A stretch of 63,981 nt of DNA, the filler included, from Cercozoa sp. M6MM (taxonomy: Eukaryota > Protista > Endomyxa: Ascetosporea), in assembly GCA_040357565.1 (NCBI GenBank). It is 11 parts of 11 records of this genome, joined end to end, with 100 filler letters (N's around TTAATTAATTAA, not from the genome) between each part and the next. Parts side by side here need not be neighbours in the genome. Positions count along the whole stretch, not along the records: positions 1 to 3,162 come from JBDODJ010001578.1; positions 3,263 to 11,454 come from JBDODJ010000557.1; positions 11,555 to 21,693 come from JBDODJ010000455.1; 8 more parts are not named here. One strand, 5' to 3'. How positions within the stretch are numbered: the stretch's first letter is position 1; the number at the start of each line of letters is the position of its first letter. Of this stretch, positions 1-11,555 are shown piece by piece. A model generated the notes under the pieces. It was not told where the DNA came from, did no database searches, and saw only the letters and a program-made list of their open reading frames with translations. The position numbers and the translations under genes are program-made.

Positions 1-16
1 TGTCTTCCCTGCCCAG

Positions 17-117
17 CAGTGGCAGCTATGATGAGGTACCTTCCCTTGTATATATGTATATATATATATATATATTTAGTATTTATTATATATTATATTG
101 ATTATACAAATATTTAT

Positions 118-155
<38 letters not shown>

Positions 156-3007
156 TTATTATATCCTTCCAGGCCGAGCAGTGGGCACGTGCCGGAGCCA
201 ATGTGGCGCACCGGTGCGGCCAGGTGTGGCGCCGCCTCAGCGACGACAACGCGCAGCTGGACGACCTGGAGACGCGACTGCTGAGTGCCGGCGACGTGGT
301 CGATTTGACGCCGCCTTCTTCTTCGGCCTCGTCGCTGCTGCTGCCTGCCACGTCGGTGCCGTGCTATACCCCCACCCTACCCCCGACCCTACCCCGTACC
401 CTTTACCCTTTCTAACCCCCCCCCCCCCGATAGAAGGAGCTGCACGTGCCGTCGACAAACGAAGCGCTGCTGCCGCAGCTGGCCGAAGCAATCGCCAGTA
501 TCACTGTCGACTCGGTGGCTGAGAAACCGCCGGCTTGGATGTACTCACCCCCTATTTTTTAGACCCCTTTTGACCCCTTTATTCCTGGTGGGCAGGACGC
601 CGGACGAAGCGCGAGAAACGCGACTGAAGACACTCGGCAAACTTGCGGAGTTGGCACGCATGTCACCCACTGTGGTACCTTTGTCCTATCCCCGTGTTAA
701 CCCCCTGGCATGTCGCTCCGAGCAGATCGACTTGACGGCTGTGGCCGAAGCGCGTCGCAAGCGTCGCGAACGTCGCATCGAACGGATGAAGCGTCGCCAG
801 GCCGCGCTTCGCCGACTCAAGTCGCAGCAGACGCATCTCGCCGCCATGGAGCAAGTAATACTTTGCTTTCACTCTTGCTTTGCGTATTTCGCTTTTGCTT
901 TGCGTATTTTCGCTTTTGCTTCAAGTGCTTCGCTTTAGCTTTGCGTATTTCGCTTTTGCTTTGCGTATTTCGCTTTGATTCGAAATCTTCGCTTTGATTT
1001 GCAGAAGCTTCGCGCCAAGACGCAGCATTTGGTCGAGGTAGCGGCTCGAACTGCCGAAGTTGAAGTCGAGTCAGTGAGCGCTGCGTCTGCGACTGCGACG
1101 AGTGCCACCGGAACGAGCTTTGCTTCGAAACCGAGCGAAGCTATTTCGAAACCGAGCGAAGCTATTCCGAAATCAAGCGAAGCAGCTGCGAAAGTGAGCG
1201 AAGCAGCTGCGAAGGCGAGCGAAGCACCTGCGAAAAAGACGCTGCCGAGCGATTTGCCGCCGCCGCTCGTGTCGGATCAGCCCAAGAAGACGCCTGCGTT
1301 CTCGTTCGGAGCTGTGCCAAAGACCGATTCTTTGAAAAAGGCCGACTTTGCTCCGCCTGGCTTTGCCAAGGTACCTTGAGTGTGACTGCGTGCTTGTGCA
1401 TTCCCTGTGAGTCGAGCGTTTTTCTGCAGAAGCCAGACACTTCGAAGTTGAAGGCAGCCGACTATGCGCCGCCGATGCCGGTACAACCTTTCAACTCAAT
1501 TCCACTCTACTCCACTCAAAGCAACTCAACTCAACTCAACTCAGCTCAACTCAACTCAACTCAACCAACTCAACTCGACTCAACTCAACTCAACTCAACT
1601 CAACTCAACTCAACTCAACTCAACTCAACTCAACCAAAAACGTTTGTGTGAACAGACGAAGAAGCCGGATGCGTCGAAACTGCAAGCCGCCGACTTTGCG
1701 CCGCCTGGTGTGCCCAAGGTGTGTTGCAGATTCCCAGTAGTTTTTGTAGCTTTTGAAAGCTAAGTTTGCTTTACACATGTGACAGAAAACTGACACTTCG
1801 AAGTTGAAGGCCTCGGACTTTGCTCCGCCTGGTTTCGGCGCTCCGGTACCTCTATGTTCTTTTTTTTTGCGATACTTTTAGTCTTTATTCGCGTGAGCAG
1901 AAGAAGAAGGAAGCGCCCAAACTGAATGCTGCTGACTTCGCTCCGCCCGGCGTTGCTGTATCGCTTTTTTGTCTTGTGTGCTTTGTTTGTTTTCACTCTT
2001 GCTTTTGACACAGAAGAAAACCGATACGTCAAAGTTGAAGGCGACAGATTTCGCGCCACCTGGCGTCGCTGCGGTGTGTTTGTGTTTCGCTTCCTTCAGT
2101 CTTGTTTTTCTTTCGTTCTGCTAAAAGCATATGCTGCAGAAAAAGCCGGACGCATCGAAATTGAAGGCTGCAGATTTCGCGCCGCCTGGTTTCGCTGCCG
2201 TAAGTTCAGTCATTTATAGCTTTGAGAATTTCGAGTAACCATGTTTTGCCTTTCTGCTTTAGAAAAAGCCGGACGCTTCGAAACTGAAGGCAGGCGATTT
2301 CGCGCCACCTGGAGTGCTTCCGAAGAAGGACACTTCGAAGCTCAAGGCGGCGGATTTCGCTCCGCCAGGCTTCGGCAAGGTCTTGCTTTTTCTGCTGGTT
2401 TTTATCGTCACCGGTAAAGCTTCTGGCTGTAGAAGGACACGTCGAAGTTGAAGGCTGCGGATTTCGCTCCGCCAGGTTTTGGCGCGCCGGTTCGTGAATT
2501 TTTCGGCAATTTTGTTGTGGTTTTTGGCTTTCTGCAGCTTGCAAAATCGCGCAGCAGAAGAAGAAGAAGGAGGAGGAAGCCAAGGCGAAGTCGGAGTTTT
2601 CGTTCACTTTTGGCGCCACTGAGGACGCGTCGAAGAAGCAAGAGAAGGCGAAGCCGACGTTTGCAGGCGACGATGTCGACGCCGTTCTGGGCGATGCTGT
2701 ATGTTTACTCCCCTCCCTTATGTACCCCACCTGCGTGAGTTGTTTTAATGTTGCAGGAGGCGCAGCCGCAAGAGTTTTCGTTCTCGTTGGGTGGTTTCGG
2801 CAAGAGTGGCGCAGAGGCCAAGACGGAGGACAAAACTGCTGCTGGCGGACTCTCTTTCGGCTCTGGTTTCGGTACTATTTCCTGCTCCTGGTAAGAAGGT
2901 TAAAGGGTTATAATAAAAACAGGTGGTACATCGGCTTGGGGCACAACGACGAAATCGCCGGCTTCTGCCGCGAGTGGCGAAGCAATGTATCTTTTGCTTT
3001 GTGTCAG

Positions 3008-3065
<58 letters not shown>

Positions 3066-3110
3066 ATGTTTTAGTACATGGTCTCCCAGTGCTTTTCGGA
3101 GACGAGCGAG
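17..3110 (+). CDS. FG-repeat nucleoporin-like protein (Nup214/Nup159-like; multi-exon, partial)
   Basis: GT-AG splicing gives a coiled-coil segment (ARRKRRERRIERMKRRQAALRRLK), 10 K(P/T)DxSKLKAADFAPPG-type repeats, and FG motifs (FSFG, FSFTFG, FSFSLGGFG, LSFGSGFGG). The subfamily is an inference. Confidence 0.6.
1523..1633 (+). repeat. (CAACT)n microsatellite inside an intron
   Basis: Tandem pentamer visible between donor gtacaa and acceptor gaacag. Confidence 0.95.
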
Positions 3111-3206
3111 TCGGCGCGTTTTACAAAGTCATCTGCACACACACACACACACACACACACACNNNNNNNNNNNNNNNNNNNNNNNNNNNNNNNNNNNNNN
3201 NNNNNN

Positions 3207-3218
3207 TTAATTAATTAA
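3207..3218. other. Artificial contig linker TTAATTAATTAA between N runs (also near 11499, 21738, 28380, 32839, 37268, 44891, 52599, 59913, 62888)
   Basis: Identical six-frame-stop 12-mer flanked by N runs occurs 10 times. Confidence 0.97.
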
Positions 3219-3361
3219 NNNNNNNNNNNNNNNNNNNNNNNNNNNNNNNNNNNNNNNNNNNNGGTAAACAGGGGGGTAAACAGGGGGGGTAAACAGGGGG
3301 GTAAACAGGAGGGTAAACAGGGGGGTAAACAGGGGGATAAACAGGCGGGGCACAACCGTTG

Positions 3362-5139
3362 CTACCCCGAGTCAGGCACGTGCGCCGTCATGCACTTGCG
3401 CAGCCGGTGGCACACGTGTTCAACGGTGCTCTCCCTGAGCACGTGCGGCACCTTGCGATCACTCTGATCACTGGAGTGATCACCGTCAGTGTCACTGATG
3501 CGACACCGTCGCAGAGCGTGCAGCAGCGGCGGCAGCACGAAGGCGTCGATCAGTCGCTGCTGCGTCGCACTCGGCAGGTCCAGACGCACGCCCTCGCCGC
3601 CGCCGCCTTCGCTTTCCTCTGCAGGTATCNNNNNNNNNNNNNNNNNNNNNNNNNNNNNNNNNNNNNNNNNNNNNNNNNNNNNNNNNNNNNNNNNNNNNNN
3701 NNNNNNNNNNNNNNNNNNNNNNNNNNNNNAAAACACACCGAGCTGCCACTCCTCATCGGTCGAGTATTCGTCGTCGCTTTCGCTTTCACTTTCGAAATCG
3801 TCGCTTTCGCTGTCGCTTTCCTCTGTTCAAGACCACGATTGAGTAGTTAAGGGTGCCATTAAGGGCTCACTGGTTAAGGGGGCCACTGGTTAAGGGGGCC
3901 ACTGGTTAAGGGGGCTACCAGAGTGCTCAAAGTCATCGTGCGCAAACAGACGCTGCGTCGAGTGTCGCAGCAGCGTCGCGACTGTCTCTCGGTACCGCGA
4001 CAGCCACACACTGTTCGTTGCCTGTCTCACAAAGCTTTTTTCGAAACAGAGCAAAGCCATTTCAATTTCAACACGAAGCAAAGCCATTTCAACACAAAGC
4101 AAAGCTATTTCGACACAAAGCAAAGCTACTTCAACACAAAGCAAAGCTACTTCAACACAAAGCAAAGCTATTTCAACATGAAGCAAAGTTCTGCTTTCAA
4201 TGCAGAGCAACAACAAAGCCATTTCAAACAAAAAACAATTTCACAGCAAGCAGAGCAAAGCAAAAGCAAAAGCAAAAGCAAAGCAAAAGCAAAAGCAAAA
4301 GCAAAGGCAAAGCAAAAGCAAAGCAAAAGCAAAGCAAAGCAAAAGCAAAGCAAAAAAGCTACATTGTGAGAGACTTCGCAGCGAATGATGACGTTCATTC
4401 GGTCCAGCTGACGCAGCATCGTGAACAGCGACTTGGGCGACATGCGCAAGTGACGCGCCAGGTCGACCTGCAGAACGCCTTTCGCGCCGGCGCGTGCCAC
4501 ACACTCGAGAATGCAGAACTGCGTGTTGGTCAGTGCGCACGACAGTCCGTAGAATCGCAAGCGACGCTCTCGTTCCGAAATCACCTTTAAAACACAGTAA
4601 AATATAAAGCACTAAAATGTCAGTTCCAAAAACTGTTCTAGTTTATGCTACAACCAACGAGTCGTCATTTGAAGCTTCTGCCGGTCCATCGTCGCTATTC
4701 GATGCTTCCGCCGATGTGTCGTACTCACAACGAATCTGAACACACGTCAGAGACAAGTTTCGAAGTTTTAAACACATCAATACCAGTTTAAATCCGTTCT
4801 CAAGTCCATTTGGGGTCAGTGCAAAGTGCTCATCCGCGCGGATGCGTCTCAACACCCGAATGTCACTTTGGGCCGACACAGAGCGCCAAACTGCAGGCTC
4901 TCGCACATCAGAAACTTTAGAGACACTGGGACAGTCAAGATTTACCAGTGGCAGCGACGAGGTGTGAACACTTGAGGAACTCGCGGATTTCGAGCACTGC
5001 ACACACAGAATGCACGTGCGTGAAAGGTACCCCGTCCAGTGTGGCAGCACGTACCACTTAGACCGTGCCATCCGGTAGCGTCCAGGTGTCGTAGTACTTC
5101 GGGTATTGCCGCGTTTAGCGTCAGCTGTCGCGCAGGCAT
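3362..5139 (-). CDS. GTF3C1: General transcription factor IIIC subunit 1 (B-block binding), 5' part
   Basis: N-terminus MPARQLTLNAAIPEVLRHLDATGWHGLS; winged-helix B-block motif FCILECVARAGAKGVLQVDLARHLRMSPKSLFTMLRQLDRMNVI (4370-4584). Confidence 0.75.
4040..4358. repeat. Intronic 21-nt tandem repeat grading into (AAAGC/AAAAGC)n
   Basis: caaagctatttcaacacaaag-type units followed by gcaaa(a) runs. Confidence 0.9.
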
Positions 5140-5598
5140 CTAAAGACACAATAAAAGACTCCCAACGACCATTTAAAACTGGACCTGCCAGAAAGATCGA
5201 ACCCAAAACTCACGACACACTAGCCAGATTTCGGACAACAGCACTCCAATATATTAGGACAACCAGGCACACAGTTATATCGCTCAGCAGCGAAATTGCG
5301 AACTGGCTACGACACCGGGATGTTTAAAGAATTTAGTGTTGGTTACATCCCTTCGATCCCACCTGACAGTCACTGACGGTCAGAATGCAATTTAAGGTCC
5401 TAGGTTCCCAGCTCTCAACCTTAGCAAAACACTTATTTGGCATGACTGAGACAGCAAGTAGTCAGCCGAGTAGGTTGTTTGATGTCGACAATAACAGCAC
5501 AATTTTGCATTGTTCGACGGACGGAGGGACGAGCACATGTGGGGTGAGGTAACTGAAATCGGAGTTGCAAAGGAAGAAAGGACTCGGAACGGCACAGC

Positions 5599-7213
5599 TT
5601 AGGCGTGCATGGCGTTCCACTCGTTCCACGAGTAGATGTTGGCGTCTTGCGCGTTGCCGTCGGCCTCCATGAGGTCCTGAATGATGCGGTCGCGCGAGAG
5701 ACCCTGCGTCGCCATACGCGCCGTCGAGCTACACACACGCACATGCACAGAGTGCTTAGGGAGGGGCAGGGCAGGCAGGCAGGTCGGACAGGTAGGGGAG
5801 GTATGGTAGGGCGGGTGTACAGTGAGTCGAGCACAAAGATCTGGCCGCAGTCGGGACAACGGTGCTTGGGACCCGGACGCACCAGCATGTAGGACATCGG
5901 GTGCTCGCGCTCGCCGTTGCGGCCGCCGCAGCAGCCCACGACACGGTAGAGACCGCGCGCCGGCACCTTGACCGGCTGTGGCAGGGTAGGAACACAGGGC
6001 AGTCACACAGGGGGGATAGTAGGCTACAGGTGGGTGGTACGTTCTCAATGGTGCCGAAAGGACCGAAGAGAGCGTTGAGGTACGAGCCGGACTCGGCGAA
6101 CTCCTGCATGTTGGTGGGACTGATGGTGTCGTACCAGTACTCACCGATGGACTCGGCCTCGCAGAAGTCGGTGCGCGCGTCGTAGCCGTTGAGGCCGTGG
6201 AAGCACGCCTTCTCGTTGTTGATCATGATCATCCACTCGACCCACTGCATGTACACGAGCTCCTTGGCGCACAGGAACAGGTCGCGCGGGTCACTCTCGT
6301 ACAGCACGTGCTGCATGCCCATGATCGGCGTCGACACCACCGGCAGCTCGCGCTGACCGTTCACGTCCAGCACGCGCTCGCGCAGACGGTCCACGGCGTT
6401 GTCGACGAACAGAGCCGGCCGCTGGAACTCGTCGATCACCACTGCACGATCCGAGAGCTTCGCCAGCACCTTCTCGAGACCTGCAGGCAGGGGGGGTATA
6501 CGATATACGATATCCTACGGCCAAAGGATAGACCATTCGTACCCTTGGACACGATGTGCGCCTGGTACACCGAGACCTTCTGCTTGATGTCTTCGAGCTC
6601 CTCGTCCGTCGCGTTGCCCGAAATGCCGTCGATTTCGGCCACCAGCGCCTGCACACAGCATCACGTCTCAACACACATCAACACACAATTATAAAGGGTA
6701 TTAAACACACACAATATGAAAACAAGCACACACAGGGCAAGCAGGGCCAGTACCTCAGTCTCCATTGGCGTCTGCGCCAGCAGAGCGTCCATCTCGGCGT
6801 CGTGGTCGCCCGACAGCGCCAGGATGTCGTTGACAAGCTGCTCGTACTCGCCTGCCGCGTTCAGACGCTCCTCAATGTCGCGCGAGTCGTTGAACATGAA
6901 GCGCTTCAGGTACAGGATGCGCTCTGGGATCGTTAGACGACCCGAGAGCTGGAAATCCAGCAGATGTCTGTCTGCTCAAAGCAAAACATTTCAAGCCAAA
7001 ACCAAAACAAGAAAACGACCGGCAAATTTTTTCTTTGCAGAAAAACGCTGACCAAGACTAGTTTTGATCAGCGGGATGCTAAGCCAACGTACTCGGGTCC
7101 AGCACGATGTCGTTCTTGTTGACGACGAGCGACTCATCGGAGTGGAAAGTCGAAAACAAACGCTGCACTGCACGACGCGCGCCTGCAGCACGCTTGGCTG
7201 TGGCCACCAGCAT
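5599..7213 (-). CDS. COX5B: Cytochrome c oxidase subunit 5b (Zn-binding) with long N-terminal extension, 6 exons
   Basis: Transit-peptide-like MLVATAKRAAGARRAVQRLFST; FGPFGTIENPVKVPARGLYRVVGCCGG...HPMSYMLVRPGPKHRCPDCGQIFVL matches the COX5B Cys/His pattern. Confidence 0.85.
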
Positions 7214-7466
7214 CGTTCTCTGTCTGTGAAATTAAGAGCGGCGATACTGCTGTCGAAAGTCGTCGCTCGGCGGCTTTCGGTCAAAGCGACGGATTCGGAG
7301 CTAATTTGGTCCAAAAACGCGTCCATTCTTTCGGATTCGATGGCTGTAGCCAGGCTTAGTTGTTGGTTTGTGTGGACTAACGTGGTGTGTCTGTGGGTGT
7401 GACTGCTTGTGCCTGTGGTCAGAAGAGGATTTAGTCGAGTATTTCAAACCACTCGGCACAGTAATC

Positions 7467-8820
7467 ATGCCATTCAAGAAACGCCGTCCGCGTGGCGAGA
7501 AGCGTGTGACCTTTGTCGGTCACGACGAAGAAAGTGTTGAGAAGGTCCAAGAAACGTTCGAAGAAACTCGACGTGCACAGAAGCGACGTAAGAAGCTGCG
7601 TGAGCGTGTTGTGGCCAAGAAGAGCAGTGCTGCACTCCAGAGGGCGAAAGGGGTGGGTGTGCTTTGTGTTTCCCTTGAGTGTAATTATTTCAAATATGTT
7701 GCTTGATCTGGAAAGTTTTGTTTCGATTGGGAAAGCTTTGTTTCGATTGATGATAGCTTTGTTTCGATTGGGACAGCTTTGTTTCGATTGATGATAGCGT
7801 TGTTTCGAATGATGAGAGCTTTGCCTGTTCTTGTTGCGGCAGAAGGCAGGCCAGGAGAAGGAGGAGGATGAGACAGACAAGTTCAAGGCGAGTGGCGATC
7901 GGTTGCAGCAGCGCGTGGCTGAACTCAAGGGCGACTTCATCTCGAGACGACTCGAGACCAAACGACGTGAGTTGGGCGGCGACACGGCCGAGGCAGAGGT
8001 GCCATCACCGGCTGCTCCAAAACTCCCGGTCGAGAAGAAGTCAGTGGCCAGGTACCGCATTGCCTGTCTGTCCGTACTGTGTACTTTCGATATGTGCGGT
8101 ACATGTTCTTCCACTGTGTTGGTAGCATGCTGTACTCGGTGCCAAAAGAGATGCGAGACAACTCCTTGATCGACAAGGAGCACGGTGACCGCTGGTTGGC
8201 CGGTATCGTCGAGGTCGAAGTGCCTGTCAAGTAAGCTTGAGACAACAATAAGTTCGAGTGCTTGGCGTTTGTATTCGGTGGTTGTGTTTGTTGGATGCTC
8301 ATGTTGGATGCTTGTGTCAACACGTGCGCAGAGACAACATGTCCTGCATCGCCGAGTTGGAGAAGGTCAAGCGACAGCTCTTGCACGGTCGCATGGAGGA
8401 CGAAACACTCGCTGATCCCGGGTACTCACCTCTCAGACACTGTTTTCTCTCGCCTCACTCTATGCTTTCAACGCACGCACGCACGCACAGACTGGCGGCA
8501 GCGAACCTCAACACCAACTACAGTGTGCACCATCGTGACTCGCTGAGAGTACTCACCGAGCAGCGTCAACTCAGAACGGTACCGTGTGTGCCTTCCTCCT
8601 TTGCCTGTGCGATTCGCCTGGGATTTCGTTCTTTGTGTCGTATGCGCAGGCAATGGTGACCAAGGTTCTGCAGGAGGAGAGCAGGGCCTCGGCACCCAAG
8701 GCAGCAGGCGCCGTGATACCCCCGGTAGCGCCTGTCACGCAGCGTGATGCCTTTCAATCCAACGACTTTGGCAACGACGCCGAGTTGCAGCGTGCCCTAG
8801 ACATGATGATCGACCGGTAG
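7467..8820 (+). CDS. C9orf78: Splicing factor C9orf78 / Tls1 (HCA59 family) homolog
   Basis: Spliced product has LYSVPKEM...WLAGIVEVEVPVKDNMSCIAELEKVKRQLL...NLNTNYSVHHR, matching the family motifs LYxxP, GIxEVxL and NxxxNyxxH. Confidence 0.7.
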
Positions 8821-9461
8821 ACCAGCGTACGTAGAGCACACAAGCATCACACAACCGAAATAGGACGTAGAAAGGACGCTAGTCCTACGCCAGCATCGCT
8901 TTTGCGTTACGTCAGTTAGCTTCGCTTTGGCAGAGACTGACGTGCGAGATACGAGAGGTTATACCAACCGATTGGACTTTAACCTTGGAGTGCGGTGGGC
9001 CGGGGGGAGTTGCGTTCAGCGGCGTAGGTTCCGTCCCCGTCAACTCAGCGACCTTTTTCGTTGCCGGCGGCTGTGTTTTTCCGAGTTTCGGGTTCGTTTA
9101 GATTCCAAAAAAGTCCACCGGCCTGTCCAGTTAGACAAGGTCGCTCATATTATTAATTAGGTAATTACTCTTGGCCCTCCGTCCGCGCTATAAGACGGCC
9201 AGTTCTGGGCTTTAAGGCCTTCTCGGGGGCCTGTTAACTGATAAGAAAAGCCCTCTCTCTCATTTGTGCCTTTCCCAGGCCGCCAAACGAAAGGCATTTT
9301 TATCGATTCTGATTTTGGCTCGAAATACCCCACGTCATGCACTATCGTATGTATTAACGAACGGCGGACGCGGGAACACTCTTGGTCGTTAATACTATTC
9401 ATTCTTCACACGTGACAGTGGGCCTGTATGGATGCAAGCAACAATCTGCGCCGGTGGGAAC

Positions 9462-10631
9462 CTAACGGACAGGAGGCGGCGGTGCCGGTCGGCCCATCAT
9501 CGGCTCCGGTCCCATAGTGTTGAGCCAGTTCTGCAAAAACACGCATATTCATGCTGCACTAGCAGTTGACGATAGTACCCGCGCTGGATCGTAGACGACA
9601 CACTCACCGGCTTCAGCACACTGCTGCAACTCACGACGCGACGAGACGAGTTTGACTGCTCACACACAAAACAATTGCTAGCGGAATAATCGCCCACAAT
9701 ACACACACATGTGAATAGAGGAACCTTTGCGCTTGCACGCGTAACAATCGAACTTAACAGGGCCGGTTGCTTCTGTTGCGATCTGAAACAGGGCGCATTG
9801 GGGTTTGGCAAATGTAAATTAAAATAAAATGTAACGTACCAGATGGTCAAAGTTCTCGGGCTGCAGACGAGACACTTTAAGTGGACACCGGAAGTGCCAA
9901 TGCAAGCCTTTCGGAAGTTCTCTGCATAACAAATACCTCCAATAAATTGTACTTGCGATTTATGGGGGAAAAGGTACGCCGAGGGTGACGCGCGCACAAA
10001 GTGACTCGCCGTGAGTGGAGTAGCTTGCGACATAGTATCAGCCACCGGAGGCAGCAGCAGACCGCAGTTCTCGATGTCCGGCACGTTGATGCCTTCTGCC
10101 ATTTGTCTTCTACCCACGTACTGAGCGAATGCACGCCAGTCGGTGAAGTTTTCCTCCTGTTCGCACATGTACACTCTGCATAAACCAACCATGGCCAGGG
10201 GTACCGATGCCTTTTGCAAGTCGCGGTCATCAAGCTCCGTGTTCTGGACGTTCTGCACCTGTACTCAACAACACACATGCAAACATACAAGTAACCAGAT
10301 AACGCAAGAAAGTAAATCGCAAATATACAAAAGGACGCCACACGCGCAACTGTGCTGCCGGAGACAGCAGAGCGTTGTGCAGCGACCGATGTGTCAACGA
10401 TACTGCCTCCAGGGTCTCTCTCGAGTCGCATGCGACTATCGGATTAAAAAAAACAGGGACCTGTGACAAGCAGTCTACATAAATAGGAATCGCACATCCA
10501 AGGACGTGCAACAGCAGATCCGAATGTTCAGTCTGCAAAAACAGCGGGGCGAGTGCCGAACCAGACCAATCTTGGATGTTGAAATCCGGCTGGCCTCTTG
10601 GCCTGCCGCTCCTACTTCTTCCTGTGCCCAT
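9462..10631 (-). CDS. Hypothetical protein, possible degenerate F-box-like N-terminus
   Basis: Multi-exon with GT-AG introns; LEAVSLTHRSLHNALLSPAAQLRVWRP weakly resembles the end of an F-box; ends ...RPAPPPPVR*. Confidence 0.4.
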
Positions 10632-11313
10632 AGTGCGTTGGTTTAACTTTGGCTTACAGTGCGCTTTTTAGCGGCATTTTCCGACAAATTGATTGAGAGG
10701 AGCTGTGGGCAGTTTATTGGAAATTCATCAGAGGCCTGATTGTAAATTTAATTTCATGAGTGAGAAAGCTGCAGACTACCTGTAAATTGATCGCCTTGGT
10801 GTCATAGACGTAAATTGTTGCACACTGTTCCGACTAAACAAAAGACATAGCTCGTATAAACTTATGAAAAGTTACGAGTTTGATCGTGCATGTGCAAGCA
10901 CAGCACGCAAGTTTCGAAACCAATTGCGATTGACCTTCGTCGGACCCGTACCGCCTAGAGTTCAAACAAGCGCCGATAAGTAACAAAACATATCCCAAGT
11001 TTAACCGGAGATCAAAACCTTCCCATGCTCAGCACCGAGGAGGTGAATGCTTGCACCCAAGGTCGCAGTCAACGCCAACTAAAAAGACAGACACCAGAGA
11101 CACCTTTCTTTTGATATTGAACTTGAACTGCACCTGCTCGACTGAAGCTTTCGCTGTTGGAGTCTGCATTTCCATACCACACCGGCACAAACTGAAAAGC
11201 ACGAGGAAAAGCTACCTGCGAGAGCAAAATATACGTCGTCTCATCGAAATCGCCAAAGCTGATAATAAAACGTCCCAATGAGTTGGCAGAAGTAATTGCA
11301 TCTGCGCATAGTA

Positions 11314-11454
<141 letters not shown>

Positions 11455-11555
11455 NNNNNNNNNNNNNNNNNNNNNNNNNNNNNNNNNNNNNNNNNNNNTT
11501 AATTAATTAANNNNNNNNNNNNNNNNNNNNNNNNNNNNNNNNNNNNNNNNNNNNG

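Noticed and set aside
1330-2490. CRISPR-like repeat/spacer appearance
   Set aside because: The repeats are degenerate coding exons varying at third positions, and the 'spacers' are GT-AG introns; there are no cas genes
3163-3262. Recurrent TTAATTAATTAA motif as a biological repeat, and gene clusters spanning it
   Set aside because: It is always embedded in N runs and is an assembly concatenation linker
8231-8331. Possible non-canonical intron or stop-codon readthrough in C9orf78
   Set aside because: The canonical GT-AG junction gives PVKDNMSCIAELEKVK, which aligns without gaps to the family motif
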